Shown here piece after piece: positions 12,601 through 25,600 of a DNA stretch of 64,000 bases; positions within the stretch are counted from its first letter, which is position 1, and each line of letters begins with the position of its first letter. The translations under genes were made by a program, and so were the position numbers. The DNA is from the human T2T-CHM13v2.0 reference genome, Homo sapiens. Under the pieces are notes generated by a model that saw only the letters and a program-made list of their open reading frames with translations, made no database searches and had not been told where the DNA came from. Location of the stretch: the NCBI RefSeq assembly GCF_009914755.1, contig NC_060938.1. The stretch is one strand, 5' to 3'.

Positions 12601-15047
12601 AATGCAGACGTCACAGAGCAGTTTCTGAGAATGCTTCTGTCTAGATTTTATAGGAAGATATTCCCGTTTCCAACGAAATCTTCACAGCTATCCAAATATC
12701 CACTTGCAGATTCTACAAAAAGAGTGTATCAAAACTGCTCTGTCAAAAGGAAGGTTCTTTTCTGTTAGGTGAGTGCATACGTCATAAAGGAGTTTCTGAG
12801 AATGTTTCTGTCTAGTGGTTATGGGAAGATATTTGCTTTTTCACCGTAGGCCTCAGAGCGCTCCAAATATCCACTTGCACATACTACAAAAAGAGTGCCT
12901 CAAAGCTGCTCTCTGAAACGGAATGTTCAACTCTATGAGTTGAATGCAAACATCACAAAGACGTTTCTGAGAATGCTTCTGTCTAGATTTGATATGAAGA
13001 TATTCCCGTTTCCAACGAAATCTTCAAATCTATCCTAATGTCCACTTGCAGATTCAACAAAAAGTGTTTTTCAGAACTGCTCTATCAAAAGAAAGATCCA
13101 CCTCTGTTAGCTGAGTTCAGACATCACAAACAAGTTTATGAGAATGCTTCTGTCTAGTTTTTATTTGAAGATATTTCCTTTCTCACCATAGACCTGAAAG
13201 CTGTCCTAATGTTCACTTCCAGTTACTACAGAAAGAGTGTTTCAAAACTGCTGTACGAAAGGGAATGTTCAACTCTGTGACTTGAATGCACACATCACAA
13301 AGAAGTTTCTGAGGATGCTGCTGTCTACTTTTTATACTTAATCCCGTTTCCAACGAAATCCTCCAAGCTATCCAAATATCCACTTGCAGATTCCACAGAA
13401 AGACTGTTTCAAAACTGCTCTGTCAATAGAAAGGTTCAACTCTGTTAGCTGCGTGCATATATCCCAAAGAAGATTCTGAGATTGCTTCTGTCTAGTTTTT
13501 ATGGGAAGATATTTCCCTTTTCACCGTAGGCGTCCAGGCGCTCCAAATGTCCACTTCCAGATACTACAAAAAGAGTGTTTCAAACCTACTCTGTGAAAGG
13601 GAATATTCAACTCTGTGACTTGAATGCACATATCACAAGGAAGTTTCTGAGAATGCTTCTGTCGAGATTTTATATGAAGATATTCCCGTTTCCAACGAAA
13701 TGCTGAAATGTATCCAAATATCCCCTCGCAGATTCTACAAAAAGAGTGTTTCAAAACTGCTCTGTAAAAAGAAAGGTTCAACTCTGTTAGTTGAGTACAC
13801 ACATCACAAACTAGTTTCACAGAATGCTTCTTTCTAGCTTGTAGGGGAAGATATTCCCTTTATCACCATGGGCCTCAAACCGTCCGAAAAGTCCACTTCC
13901 ATATACTACAAAAAGAGCGTTTCAAACCTGCTCTATGAAAGGCAATGTTCAACTCTGTGACTTGAATGCAGACATCACAGAGCAGTTTCTGAGAATGCTT
14001 CTGTCTAGATTTTATAGGAAGATATTCCCGTTTCCAACGAAATCTTCACAGCTATCCAAATATCCACTTGCAGATTCTACAAAAAGAGTGTATCAAAACT
14101 GCTCTGTCAAAAGGAAGGTTCTTTTCTGTTAGGTGAGTGCATACGTCATAAAGGAGTTTCTGAGAATGTTTCTGTCTAGTGGTTATGGGAAGATATTTGC
14201 TTTTTCACCGTAGGCCTCAGAGCGCTCCAAATATCCACTTGCACATACTACAAAAAGAGTGCCTCAAAGCTGCTCTCTGAAACGGAATGTTCAACTCTAT
14301 GAGTTGAATGCAAACATCGCAAAGACGTTTCTGAGAATGCTTCTGTCTAGATTTGATATGAAGATATTCCCGTTTCCAACGAAATCTTCAAATCTATCCA
14401 AATGTCCACTTGCAGATTCAACAGAAAGTGTTTTTCAGAACTGCTCTATCAAAAGAAAGATCCACCTCTGTTAGCTGAGTTCACACATCACAAACAAGTT
14501 TATGAGAATGCTTCTGTCTAGTTTTTATTTGAAGATATTTCCTTTCTCACCATAGAGCTGAAAGCTGTCCTAATGTTCACTTCCAGATACTACAGAAAGA
14601 GTGTTTCAAAACTGCTGTACGAAAGGGAATGTTCAACTCTGTGACTTGAATGCACACATCACAAAGAAGTTTCTGAGGATGCTGCTGTCTACTTTTTATA
14701 CTTAATCCCGTTTCCAACGAAATCCTCCAAGCTATCCAAATATCCACTTGCAGATTCCACAGAAAGACTGTTTCAAAACTGCTCTGTCAATAGAAAGGTT
14801 CAACTCTGTTAGCTGCGTGCATATATCCCAAAGAAGATTCTGAGATTGCTTCTGTCTAGTTTTTATGGGAAGATATTTCCCTTTTCACCGTAGGTGTCAA
14901 GGCGCTCCAAATGTCCACTTCCAGATACTACAAAAAGAGTGTTTCCAACCTACTCTGTGAAAGGGAATATTCAACTCTGTGACTTGAATGCACATATCAC
15001 AAAGAAGTTTCTGAGAATGCTTCTGTCGAGATTTTATATGAAGATAT

Positions 15048-15064
15048 TCCCGTTTCCAACAAAA
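15048..15064 (-). other. Disrupted CENP-B box (same variant as 9592-9608)
   Basis: tcccgtttccaacaaaa, 5456 bp after 9592. Confidence 0.9.
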
Positions 15065-18000
15065 TCCTGAAATGTATCCAAATATCCCCTCGCAGATTGT
15101 ACAAAAAGAGTGTTTCAAAACTGCTCTGTAAAAAGAAAGGTTCAACTCTGTTAGTTGAGTACACACATCACAAATAAGTTTCACACAATGCTTCTTTCTA
15201 GCTTGTAGGGGAAGATATTCCCTTTATCACCATGGGCCTCAAACCGTCTGAAACGTCCACTTCCATATACTACAAAAAGAGCATTTCAAACCTGCTCTAT
15301 GAAAGGCAACGTTCAACTCTGTGACTTGAATGCAGACATCACAGAGCAGTTTCTGAGAATGCTTCTGTCTAGATTTTATAGGAAGATATTCCCGTTTCCA
15401 ACGAAATCTTCACAGCTATCCAAATATCCACTTGCAGATTCTACAAAAAGAGTGTATCAAAACTGCTCTGTCAAAAGGAAGGTTCTTCTCTGTTAGGTGA
15501 GTGCATACGTCATAAAGGAGTTTCTGAGAATGTTTCTGTCTAGTGGTTATGGGAAGATATTTGCTTTTTCCCCGTAGGCCTCAGGGCGCTCCAAATGTCC
15601 ACTTGCACATGCTACAAAAAGAGTGCTTCAAAGCTGCTCTCTGAAAGGGAATGTTCAACTCTATGAGTTGAATGCAAACATCACAAAGACGTTTCTGAGA
15701 ATGCTTCTGTCTAGATTTGATATGAAGATATTCCCGTTTCCAACGAAATCTTCAAATCTATCCAAATGTCCACTTGCAGATTCAACAAAAAGTGTTTTTC
15801 AGAACTGCTCTATCAAAAGAAAGATCCACCTCTGTTAGCTGAGTTCAGACATCACAAACAAGTTTATGAGAATGCTTCTGTCTAGTTTTTATTTGAAGAT
15901 ATTTCCTTTCTCACCATAGACCTGAAAGCTGTCCTAATGTTCACTTCCAGTTACTACAGAAAGAGTGTTTCAAAACTGCTGTACGAAAGGGAATGTTCAA
16001 CTCTGTGACTTGAATGCACACATCACAAAGAAGTTTCTGAGGATGCTGCTGTCTACTTTTTATACGTAATCCCGTTTCCAACGAAATCCTCCAAGCTATC
16101 CAAATATCCACTTGCAGATTCCACAGAAAGACTGTTTCAAAACTGCTCTGTCAATAGAAAGGTTCAACTCTGTTAGCTGCGTGCATATATCCCAAAGAAG
16201 ATTCTGAGATTGCTTCTGTCTAGTTTTTATGGGAAGATATTTCCCTTTTCACCGTAGGTGTCAAGGCGCTCCAAATGTCCACTTCCAGATACTACAAGAA
16301 GAGTGTTTCAAACCTACTCTGTGAAAGGGAATATTCAACTCTGTGACTTGAATGCACATATCACAAAGAAGTTTCTGAGAATGCTTCTGTCGAGATTTTA
16401 TATGAAGATATTCCCGTTTCCAACGAAATCCTGAAATCTATCCAAATATCCCCTCGCAGATTCTACAAAAAGAGTGTTTCAAAACTGCTCTGTAAAAAGA
16501 AAGGTTCAACTCTGTTAATTGAGTACACACATCACAAACAAGTTTCACAGAATGCTTCTTTCTAGCTTGTAGGGGAAGATATTCCCTTTATCACCATGGG
16601 CCTCCAACCGTCCGAAACATCCACTTCCATATACTACAAAAAGAGCGTTTCAAACCTGCTCTATGAAAGGCAATGTTCAACTCTGTGACTTGAATGCAGA
16701 CATCACAGAGCAGTTTCTGAGAATGCTTCTGTCTAGATTTTATAGGAAGATATTCCCGTTTCCAACGAAATCTTCACAGCTATCCAAATATCCACTTGCA
16801 GATTCTACAAAAAGAGTGTATCAAAACTGCTCTGTCAAAAGGAAGGTTCTTTTCTGTTAGGTGAGTGCATACGTCATAAAGGAGTTTCTGAGAATGTTTC
16901 TGTCTAGTGGTTATGGGAAGATATTTGCTTTTTCACCGTAGGCCTCAGAGCGCTCCAAATATCCACTTGCACATACTACAAAAAGAGTGCCTCAAAGCTG
17001 CTCTCTGAAACGGAATGTTCAACTCTATGAGTTGAATGCAAACATCGCAAAGACGTTTCTGAGAATGCTTCTGTCTAGATTTGATATGAAGATATTCCCG
17101 TTTCCAACGAAATCTTCAAATCTATCCAAATGTCCACTTGCAGATTCAACAAAAAGTGTTTTTCAGAACTGCTCTATCAAAAGAAAGATCCACCTCTGTT
17201 AGCTGAGTTCACACATCACAAACAAGTTTATGAGAATGCTTCTGTCTAGTTTTTATTTGAAGATATTTCCTTTCTCACCATAGAGCTGAAAGCTGTCCTA
17301 ATGTTCACTTCCAGATACTACAGAAAGAGTGTTTCAAAACTGCTGTACGAAAGGGAATGTTCAACTCTGTGACTTGAATGCACACATCACAAAGAAGTTT
17401 CTGAGGATGCTGCTGTCTACTTTTTATACGTAATCCCGTTTCCAACGAAATCCTCCAAGCTATCCAAATATCCACTTGCAGATTCCACAGAAAGACTGTT
17501 TCAAAACTGCTCTGTCAATAGAAAGGTTCAACTCTGTTAGCTGCGTGCATATATCCCAAAGAAGATTCTGAGATTGCTTCTGTCTAGTTTTTATGGGAAG
17601 ATATTTCCCTTTTCACCGTAGGTGTCAAGGCGCTCCAAATGTCCACTTCCAGATACTACAAAAAGAGTGTTTCAAACCTACTCTGTGAAAGGGAATATTC
17701 AACTCTGTGACTCGAATGCACATATCACAAAGAAGTTTCTGAGAATGCTTCTGTCGAGATTTTATATGAAGATATTCCCGTTTCCAACGAAATGCTGAAA
17801 TCTATCCAAATATCCCCTCGCAGATTCTACAAAAAGAGTGTTTCAAAACTGCTCTGTGAAAAGAAAGGTTCAACTCTGTTAGTTGAGTACACACATCACA
17901 AACTAGTTTCACAGAATGCTTCTTTCTAGCTTGTAGGGGAAGATATTCCCTTTATCACCATGGGCCTCAAACCGTCCGAAAAGTCCACTTCCATATACTA

Positions 18001-21000
18001 CAAAAAGAGCGTTTCAAACCTGCTCTATGAAAGGCAATGTTCAACTCTGTGACTTGAATGCAGACATCACAGAGCAGTTTCTGAGAATGCTTCTGTCTAG
18101 ATTTTATAGGAAGATATTCCCGTTTCCAACGAAATCTTCACAGCTATCCTAATATCCACTTGCAGATTCTACAAAAAGAGTGTATCAAAACTGCTCTGTC
18201 AAAAGGAAGGTTCTTTTCTGTTAGTTGAGTGCATACGTCATAAAGGAGTTTCTGAGAATGTTTCTGTCTAGTGGTTATGGGAAGATATTTGCTTTTTCAC
18301 CGTAGGCCTCAGAGCGCTCCAAATATCCACTTGCACATACTACAAAAAGAGTGCCTCAAAGCTGCTCTCTGAAACGGAATGTGCAACTCTATGAGTTGAA
18401 TGCAAACATCGCAAAGACGTTTCTGAGAATGCTTCTGTCTAGATTTGATATGAAGATATTCCCGTTTCCAACGAAATCTTCAAATCTATCCAAATGTCCA
18501 CTTGCAGATTCAACAAAAAGTGTTTTTCAGAACTGCTCTATCAAAAGAAAGATCCACCTCTGTTAGCTGAGTTCACACATCACAAACAAGTTTATGAGAA
18601 TGCTTCTGTCTAGTTTTTATTTGAAGATATTTCCTTTCTCACCATAGAGCTGAAAGCTGTCCTAATGTTCACTTCCAGATACTACAGAAAGAGTGTTTCA
18701 AAACTGCTGTACGAAAGGGAATGTTCAACTCTGTGACTTGAATGCACACATCACAAAGAAGTTTCTGAGGATGCTGCTGTCTACTTTTTATACGTAATCC
18801 CGTTTCCAACGAAATCCTCCAAGCTATCCAAATATCCACTTGCAGATTCCACAGAAAGACTGTTTCAAAACTGCTCTGTCAATAGAAAGGTTCAACTCTG
18901 TTAGCTGCGTGCATATATCCCAAAGAAGATTCTGAGATTGCTTCTGTCTAGTTTTTATGGGAAGATATTTCCCTTTTCACCGTAGGTGTCAAGGCGCTCC
19001 AAATGTCCACTTCCAGATACTACAAAAAGAGTGTTTCTAACCTACTCTGTGAAAGGGAATATTCAACTCTGTGACTTGAATGCACATATCACAAAGAAGT
19101 TTCTGAGAATGCTTCTGTCGAGATTTTATATGAAGATATTCCCGTTTCCAACGAAATCCTGAAATCTATCCAAATATCCCCTCGCAGATTCTACAAAAAG
19201 AGTGTTTCAAAACTGCTCTGTGAAAAGGAAGGTTCAACTCTGTTAGTTGAGTACACACATCACAAACAAGTTTCACAGAATGCTTCTTTCTAGCTTGTAG
19301 GGAAAGATATTCCCTTTATCACCATGGGCCTCCAACCGTCCGAAACATCCACTTCCATATACTACAAAAAGAGCGTTTCAAACCTGCTCTATGAAAGGCA
19401 ATGTTCAACTCTGTGACTTGAATGCAGACATCACAGAGCAGTTTCTGAGAATGCTTCTGTCTAGATTTTATAGGAAGCTATTCCCGTTTCCAACGAAATC
19501 TTCACAGCTATCCAAATATCCACTTGCAGATTCTACAAAAAGAGTGTATCAAAACTGCTCTGTCAAAAGGAAGGTTCTTCTCTGTTAGGTGAGTGCATAC
19601 GTCATAAAGGAGTTTCTGAGAATGTTTCTGTCTAGTGGTTATGGGAAGATATTTGCTTTTTCCCCGTAGGCCTCAGGGCGCTCCAAATGTCCACTTGCAC
19701 ATGCTACAAAAAGAGTGCTTCAAAGCTGCTCTCTGAAAGGGAATGTTCAACTCTATGAGTTGAATGCAAACATCACAAAGACGTTTCTGAGAATGCTTCT
19801 GTCTAGATTTGATATGAAGATATTCCCGTTTCCAACGAAATCTTCAAATCTATCCAAATGTCCACTTGCAGATTCAACAAAAAGTGTTTTTCAGAACTGC
19901 TCTATCAAAAGAAAGATCCACCTCTGTTAGCTGAGTTCAGACATCACAAACAAGTTTATGAGAATGCTTCTGTCTAGTTTTTATTTGAAGATATTTCCTT
20001 TCTCACCATAGACCTGAAAGCTGTCCTAATGTTCACTTCCAGTTACTACAGAAAGAGTGTTTCAAAACTGCTGTACGAAAGGGAATGTTCAACTCTGTGA
20101 CTTGAATGCACACATCACAAAGAAGTTTCTGAGGATGCTGCTGTCTACTTTTTATACTTAATCCCGTTTCCAACGAAATCCTCCAAGCTATCCAAATATC
20201 CACTTGCAGATTCCACAGAAAGACTGTTTCAAAACTGCTCTGTCAATAGAAAGGTTCAACTCTGTTAGCTGCGTGCATATATCCCAAAGAAGATTCTGAG
20301 ATTGCTTCTGTCTAGTTTTTATGGGAAGATATTTCCCTTTTCACCGTAGGCGTCAAGGCGCTCCAAACGTCCACTTCCAGATACTACAAAAAGAGTGTTT
20401 CAAACCTACTCTGTGAAAGGGAGTATTCAACTCTGTGACTTGAATGCACATATCACAAGGAAGTTTCTGAGAATGCTTCTGTCGAGATTTTATATGAAGA
20501 TATTCCCGTTTCCAACGAAATCCTGAAATCTATCCAAATATCCCCTCGCAGATTCTACAAAAAGAGTGTTTCAAAACTGCTCTTTAAAAAGAAAGGTTCA
20601 ACTCTGTTAGTTGAGTACACACATCACAAACAAGTTTCACAGAATGCTTCTTTCTAGCTTGTAGGGGAAGATATTCCCTTTATCACCATGGGCCTCAAAC
20701 CGTCCGATAAGTCCACTTCCATATACTACAAAAAGAGCGTTTCAAACCTGCTCTATGAAAGGCAACGTTCAACTCTGTGACTTGAATGCAGACATCACAG
20801 AGCAGTTTCTGAGAATGCTTCTGTCTAGATTTTATAGGAAGATATTCCCGTTTCCAACGAAATCTTCACAGCTATCCAAATATCCACTTGCAGATTCTAC
20901 AAAAAGAGTGTATCAAAACTGCTCTGTCAAAAGGAAGGTTCTTCTCTGTTAGGTGAGTGCATACGTCATAAAGGAGTTTCTGAGAATGTTTCTGTCTAGT

Positions 21001-22602
21001 GGTTATGGGAAGATATTTGCTTTTTCCCCGTAGGCCTCAGGGCGCTCCAAATGTCCACTTGCACATGCTACAAAAAGAGTGCTTCAAAGCTGCTCTCTGA
21101 AAGGGAATGTTCAACTCTATGAGTTGAATGCAAACATCACAAAGACGTTTCTGAGAATGCTTCTGTCTAGATTTGATATGAAGATATTCCCGTTTCCAAC
21201 GAAATCTTCAAATCTATCCAAATGTCCACTTGCAGATTCAACAAAAAGTGTTTTTCAGAACTGCTCTATCAAAAGAAAGATCCACCTCTGTTAGCTGAGT
21301 TCAGACATCACAAACAAGTTTATGAGAATGCTTCTGTCTAGTTTTTATTTGAAGATATTTCCTTTCTCACCATAGACCTGAAAGCTGTCCTAATGTTCAC
21401 TTCCAGTTACTACAGAGTGTTTCAAAACTGCTGTACGAAAGGGAATGTTCAACTCTGTGACTTGAATGCACACATCACAAAGAAGTTTCTGAGGATGCTG
21501 CTGTCTACTTTTTATACTTAATCCCGTTTCCAACGAAATCCTCCAAGCTATCCAAATATCCACTTGCAGATTCCACAGAAAGACTGTTTCAAAACTGCTC
21601 TGTCAATAGAAAGGTTCAACTCTGTTAGCTGCGTGCATATATCCCAAAGAAGATTCTGAGATTGCTTCTGTCTAGTTTTTATGGGAAGATATTTCCCTTT
21701 TCACCGTAGGCGTCAAGGCGCTCCAAATGTCCACTTCCAGATACTACAAAAAGAGTGTTTCAAACCTACTCTGTGAAAGGGAATATTCAACTCTGTGACT
21801 TGAATGCAGATATCACAAAGAAGTTTCTGAGAATGCTTCTGTCGAGATTTTATATGAAGATATTCCCGTTTCCAACGAAATCCTGAAATCTATCCAAATA
21901 TCCCCTCGCAGATTCTACAAAAAGAGTGTTTCAAAACTGCTCTGTAAAAAGAAAGGTTCAACTCTGTTAGTTGAGTACACACATCACAAACAAGTTTCAC
22001 AGAATGCTTCTTTCTAGCTTGTAGGGGAAGATATTCCCTTTATCACCATGGGCCTCAAACCGTCCGATAAGTCCACTTCCATATACTACAAAAAGAGCGT
22101 TTCAAACCTGCTCTATGAAAGGCAACGTTCAACTCTGTGACTTGAATGCAGACATCACAGAGCAGTTTCTGAGAATGCTTCTGTCTAGATTTTATAGGAA
22201 GATATTCCCGTTTCCAACGAAATCTTCACAGCTATCCAAATATCCACTTGCAGATTCTACAAAAAGAGTGTATCAAAACTGCTCTGTCAAAAGGAAGGTT
22301 CTTTTCTGTTAGGTGAGTGCATACGTCATAAAGGAGTTTCTGAGAATGTTTCTGTCTAGTGGTTATGGGAAGATATTTGCTTTTTCACCGTAGGCCTCAG
22401 AGCGCTCCAAATATCCACTTGCACATACTACAAAAAGAGTGCCTCAAAGCTGCTCTCTGAAACGGAATGTTCAACTCTATGAGTTGAATGCAAACATCGC
22501 AAAGACGTTTCTGAGAATGCTTCTGTCTAGATTTGATATGAAGATATTCCCGTTTCCAACGAAATCTTCAAATCTATCCAAATGTCCACTTGCAGATTCA
22601 AC

Positions 22603-25600
22603 AAAAAGTGTTTTTCAGAACTGCTCTATCAAAAGAAAGATCCACCTCTGTTAGCTGAGTTCACACATCACAAACAAGTTTATGAGAATGCTTCTGTCTA
22701 GTTTTTATTTGAAGATATTTCCTTTCTCACCATAGAGCTGAAAGCTGTCCTAATGTTCACTTCCAGATACTACAGAAAGAGTGTTTCAAAACTGCTGTAC
22801 GAAAGGGAATGTTCAACTCTGTGACTTGAATGCACACATCACAAAGAAGTTTCTGAGGATGCTGCTGTCTACTTTTTATACGTAATCCCGTTTCCAACGA
22901 AATCCTCCAAGCTATCCAAATATCCACTTGCAGATTCCACAGAAAGACTGTTTCAAAACTGCTCTGTCAATAGAAAGGTTCAACTCTGTTAGCTGCGTGC
23001 ATATATCCCAAAGAAGATTCTGAGATTGCTTCTGTCTAGTTTTTATGGGAAGATATTTCCCTTTTCACCGTAGGCGTCAAGGCGCTCCAAATGTCCACTT
23101 CCAGATACTACAAAAAGAGTGTTTCAAACCTACTCTGTGAAAGGGAATATTCAACTCTGTGACTTGAATGCAGATATCACAAAGAAGTTTCTGAGAATGC
23201 TTCTGTCGAGATTTTATATGAAGATATTCCCGTTTCCAACGAAATCCTGAAATCTATCCAAATATCCCCTCGCAGATTCTACAAAAAGAGTGTTTCAAAA
23301 CTGCTCTGTAAAAAGAAAGGTTCAACTCTGTTAGTTGAGTACACACATCACAAACAAGTTTCACAGAATGCTTCTTTCTAGCTTGTAGGGGAAGATATTC
23401 CCTTTATCACCATGGGCCTCCAACCGTCCGAAACATCCACTTCCATATACTACAAAAAGAGCGTTTCAAACCTGCTCTATGAAAGGCAATGTTCAACTCT
23501 GTGACTTGAATGCAGACATCACAGAGCAGTTTCTGAGAATGCTTCTGTCTAGATTTTATAGGAAGATATTCCCGTTTCCAACGAAATCTTCACAGCTATC
23601 CAAATATCCACTTGCAGATTCTACAAAAAGAGTGTATCAAAACTGCTCTGTCAAAAGGAAGGTTCTTTTCTGTTAGGTGAGTGCATACGTCATAAAGGAG
23701 TTTCTGAGAATGTTTCTGTCTAGTGGTTATGGGAAGATATTTGCTTTTTCACCGTAGGCCTCAGAGCGCTCCAAATATCCACTTGCACATACTACAAAAA
23801 GAGTGCCTCAAAGCTGCTCTCTGAAACGGAATGTTCAACTCTATGAGTTGAATGCAAACATCGCAAAGACGTTTCTGAGAATGCTTCTGTCTAGATTTGA
23901 TATGAAGATATTCCCGTTTCCAACGAAATCTTCAAATCTATCCAAATGTCCACTTGCAGATTCAACAAAAAGTGTTTTTCAGAACTGCTCTATCAAAAGA
24001 AAGATCCACCTCTGTTAGCTGAGTTCACACATCACAAACAAGTTTATGAGAATGCTTCTGTCTAGTTTTTATTTGAAGATATTTCCTTTCTCACCATAGA
24101 GCTGAAAGCTGTCCTAATGTTCACTTCCAGATACTACAGAAAGAGTGTTTCAAAACTGCTGTACGAAAGGGAATGTTCAACTCTGTGACTTGAATGCACA
24201 CATCACAAAGAAGTTTCTGAGGATGCTGCTGTCTACTTTTTATACGTAATCCCGTTTCCAACGAAATCCTCCAAGCTATCCAAATATCCACTTGCAGATT
24301 CCACAGAAAGACTGTTTCAAAACTGCTCTGTCAATAGAAAGGTTCAACTCTGTTAGCTGCGTGCATATATCCCAAAGAAGATTCTGAGATTGCTTCTGTC
24401 TAGTTTTTATGGGAAGATATTTCCCTTTTCACCGTAGGTGTCAAGGCGCTCCAAATGTCCACTTCCAGATACTACAAAAAGAGTGTTTCAAACCTACTCT
24501 GTGAAAGGGAATATTCAACTCTGTGACTCGAATGCACATATCACAAAGAAGTTTCTGAGAATGCTTCTGTCGAGATTTTATATGAAGATATTCCCGTTTC
24601 CAACGAAATGCTGAAATCTATCCAAATATCCCCTCGCAGATTCTACAAAAAGAGTGTTTCAAAACTGCTCTGTAAAAAGAAAGGTTCAACTCTGTTAGTT
24701 GAGTACACACATCACAAATAAGTTTCACACAATGCTTCTTTCTAGCTTGTAGGGGAAGATATTCCCTTTATCACCATGGGCCTCAAACCGTCTGAAACGT
24801 CCACTTCCATATACTACAAAAAGAGCATTTCAAACCTGCTCTATGAAAGGCAATGTTCAACTCTGTGACTTGAATGCAGACATCACAGAGCAGTTTCTGA
24901 GAATGCTTCTGTCTAGATTTTATAGGAAGATATTCCCGTTTCCAACGAAATCTTCACAGCTATCCAAATATCCACTTGCAGATTCTACAAAAAGAGTGTA
25001 TCAAAACTGCTCTGTCAAAAGGAAGGTTCTTCTCTGTTAGGTGAGTGCATACGTCATAAAGGAGTTTCTGAGAATGTTTCTGTCTAGTGGTTATGGGAAG
25101 ATATTTGCTTTTTCCCCGTAGGCCTCAGGGCGCTCCAAATGTCCACTTGCACATGCTACAAAAAGAGTGCTTCAAAGCTGCTCTCTGAAAGGGAATGTTC
25201 AACTCTATGAGTTGAATGCAAACATCACAAAGACGTTTCTGAGAATGCTTCTGTCTAGATTTGATATGAAGATATTCCCGTTTCCAACGAAATCTTCAAA
25301 TCTATCCAAATGTCCACTTGCAGATTCAACAAAAAGTGTTTTTCAGAACTGCTCTATCAAAAGAAAGATCCACCTCTGTTAGCTGAGTTCAGACATCACA
25401 AACAAGTTTATGAGAATGCTTCTGTCTAGTTTTTATTTGAAGATATTTCCTTTCTCACCATAGACCTGAAAGCTGTCCTAATGTTCACTTCCAGTTACTA
25501 CAGAAAGAGTGTTTCAAAACTGCTGTACGAAAGGGAATGTTCAACTCTGTGACTTGAATGCACACATCACAAAGAAGTTTCTGAGGATGCTGCTGTCTAC

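Larger units (their letters stand above)
1..16200. repeat. Imperfect 4-HOR (5456-bp) super-repeat domain
   Basis: Rare variants recur at 5456-bp spacing: broken boxes 44/5500 and 9592/15048, aaaaggaag 6272/11728, tatcctaat 7580/13036, and gacgtc HORs (ORFs at 7115/12571). Boundaries approximate. Confidence 0.8.
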
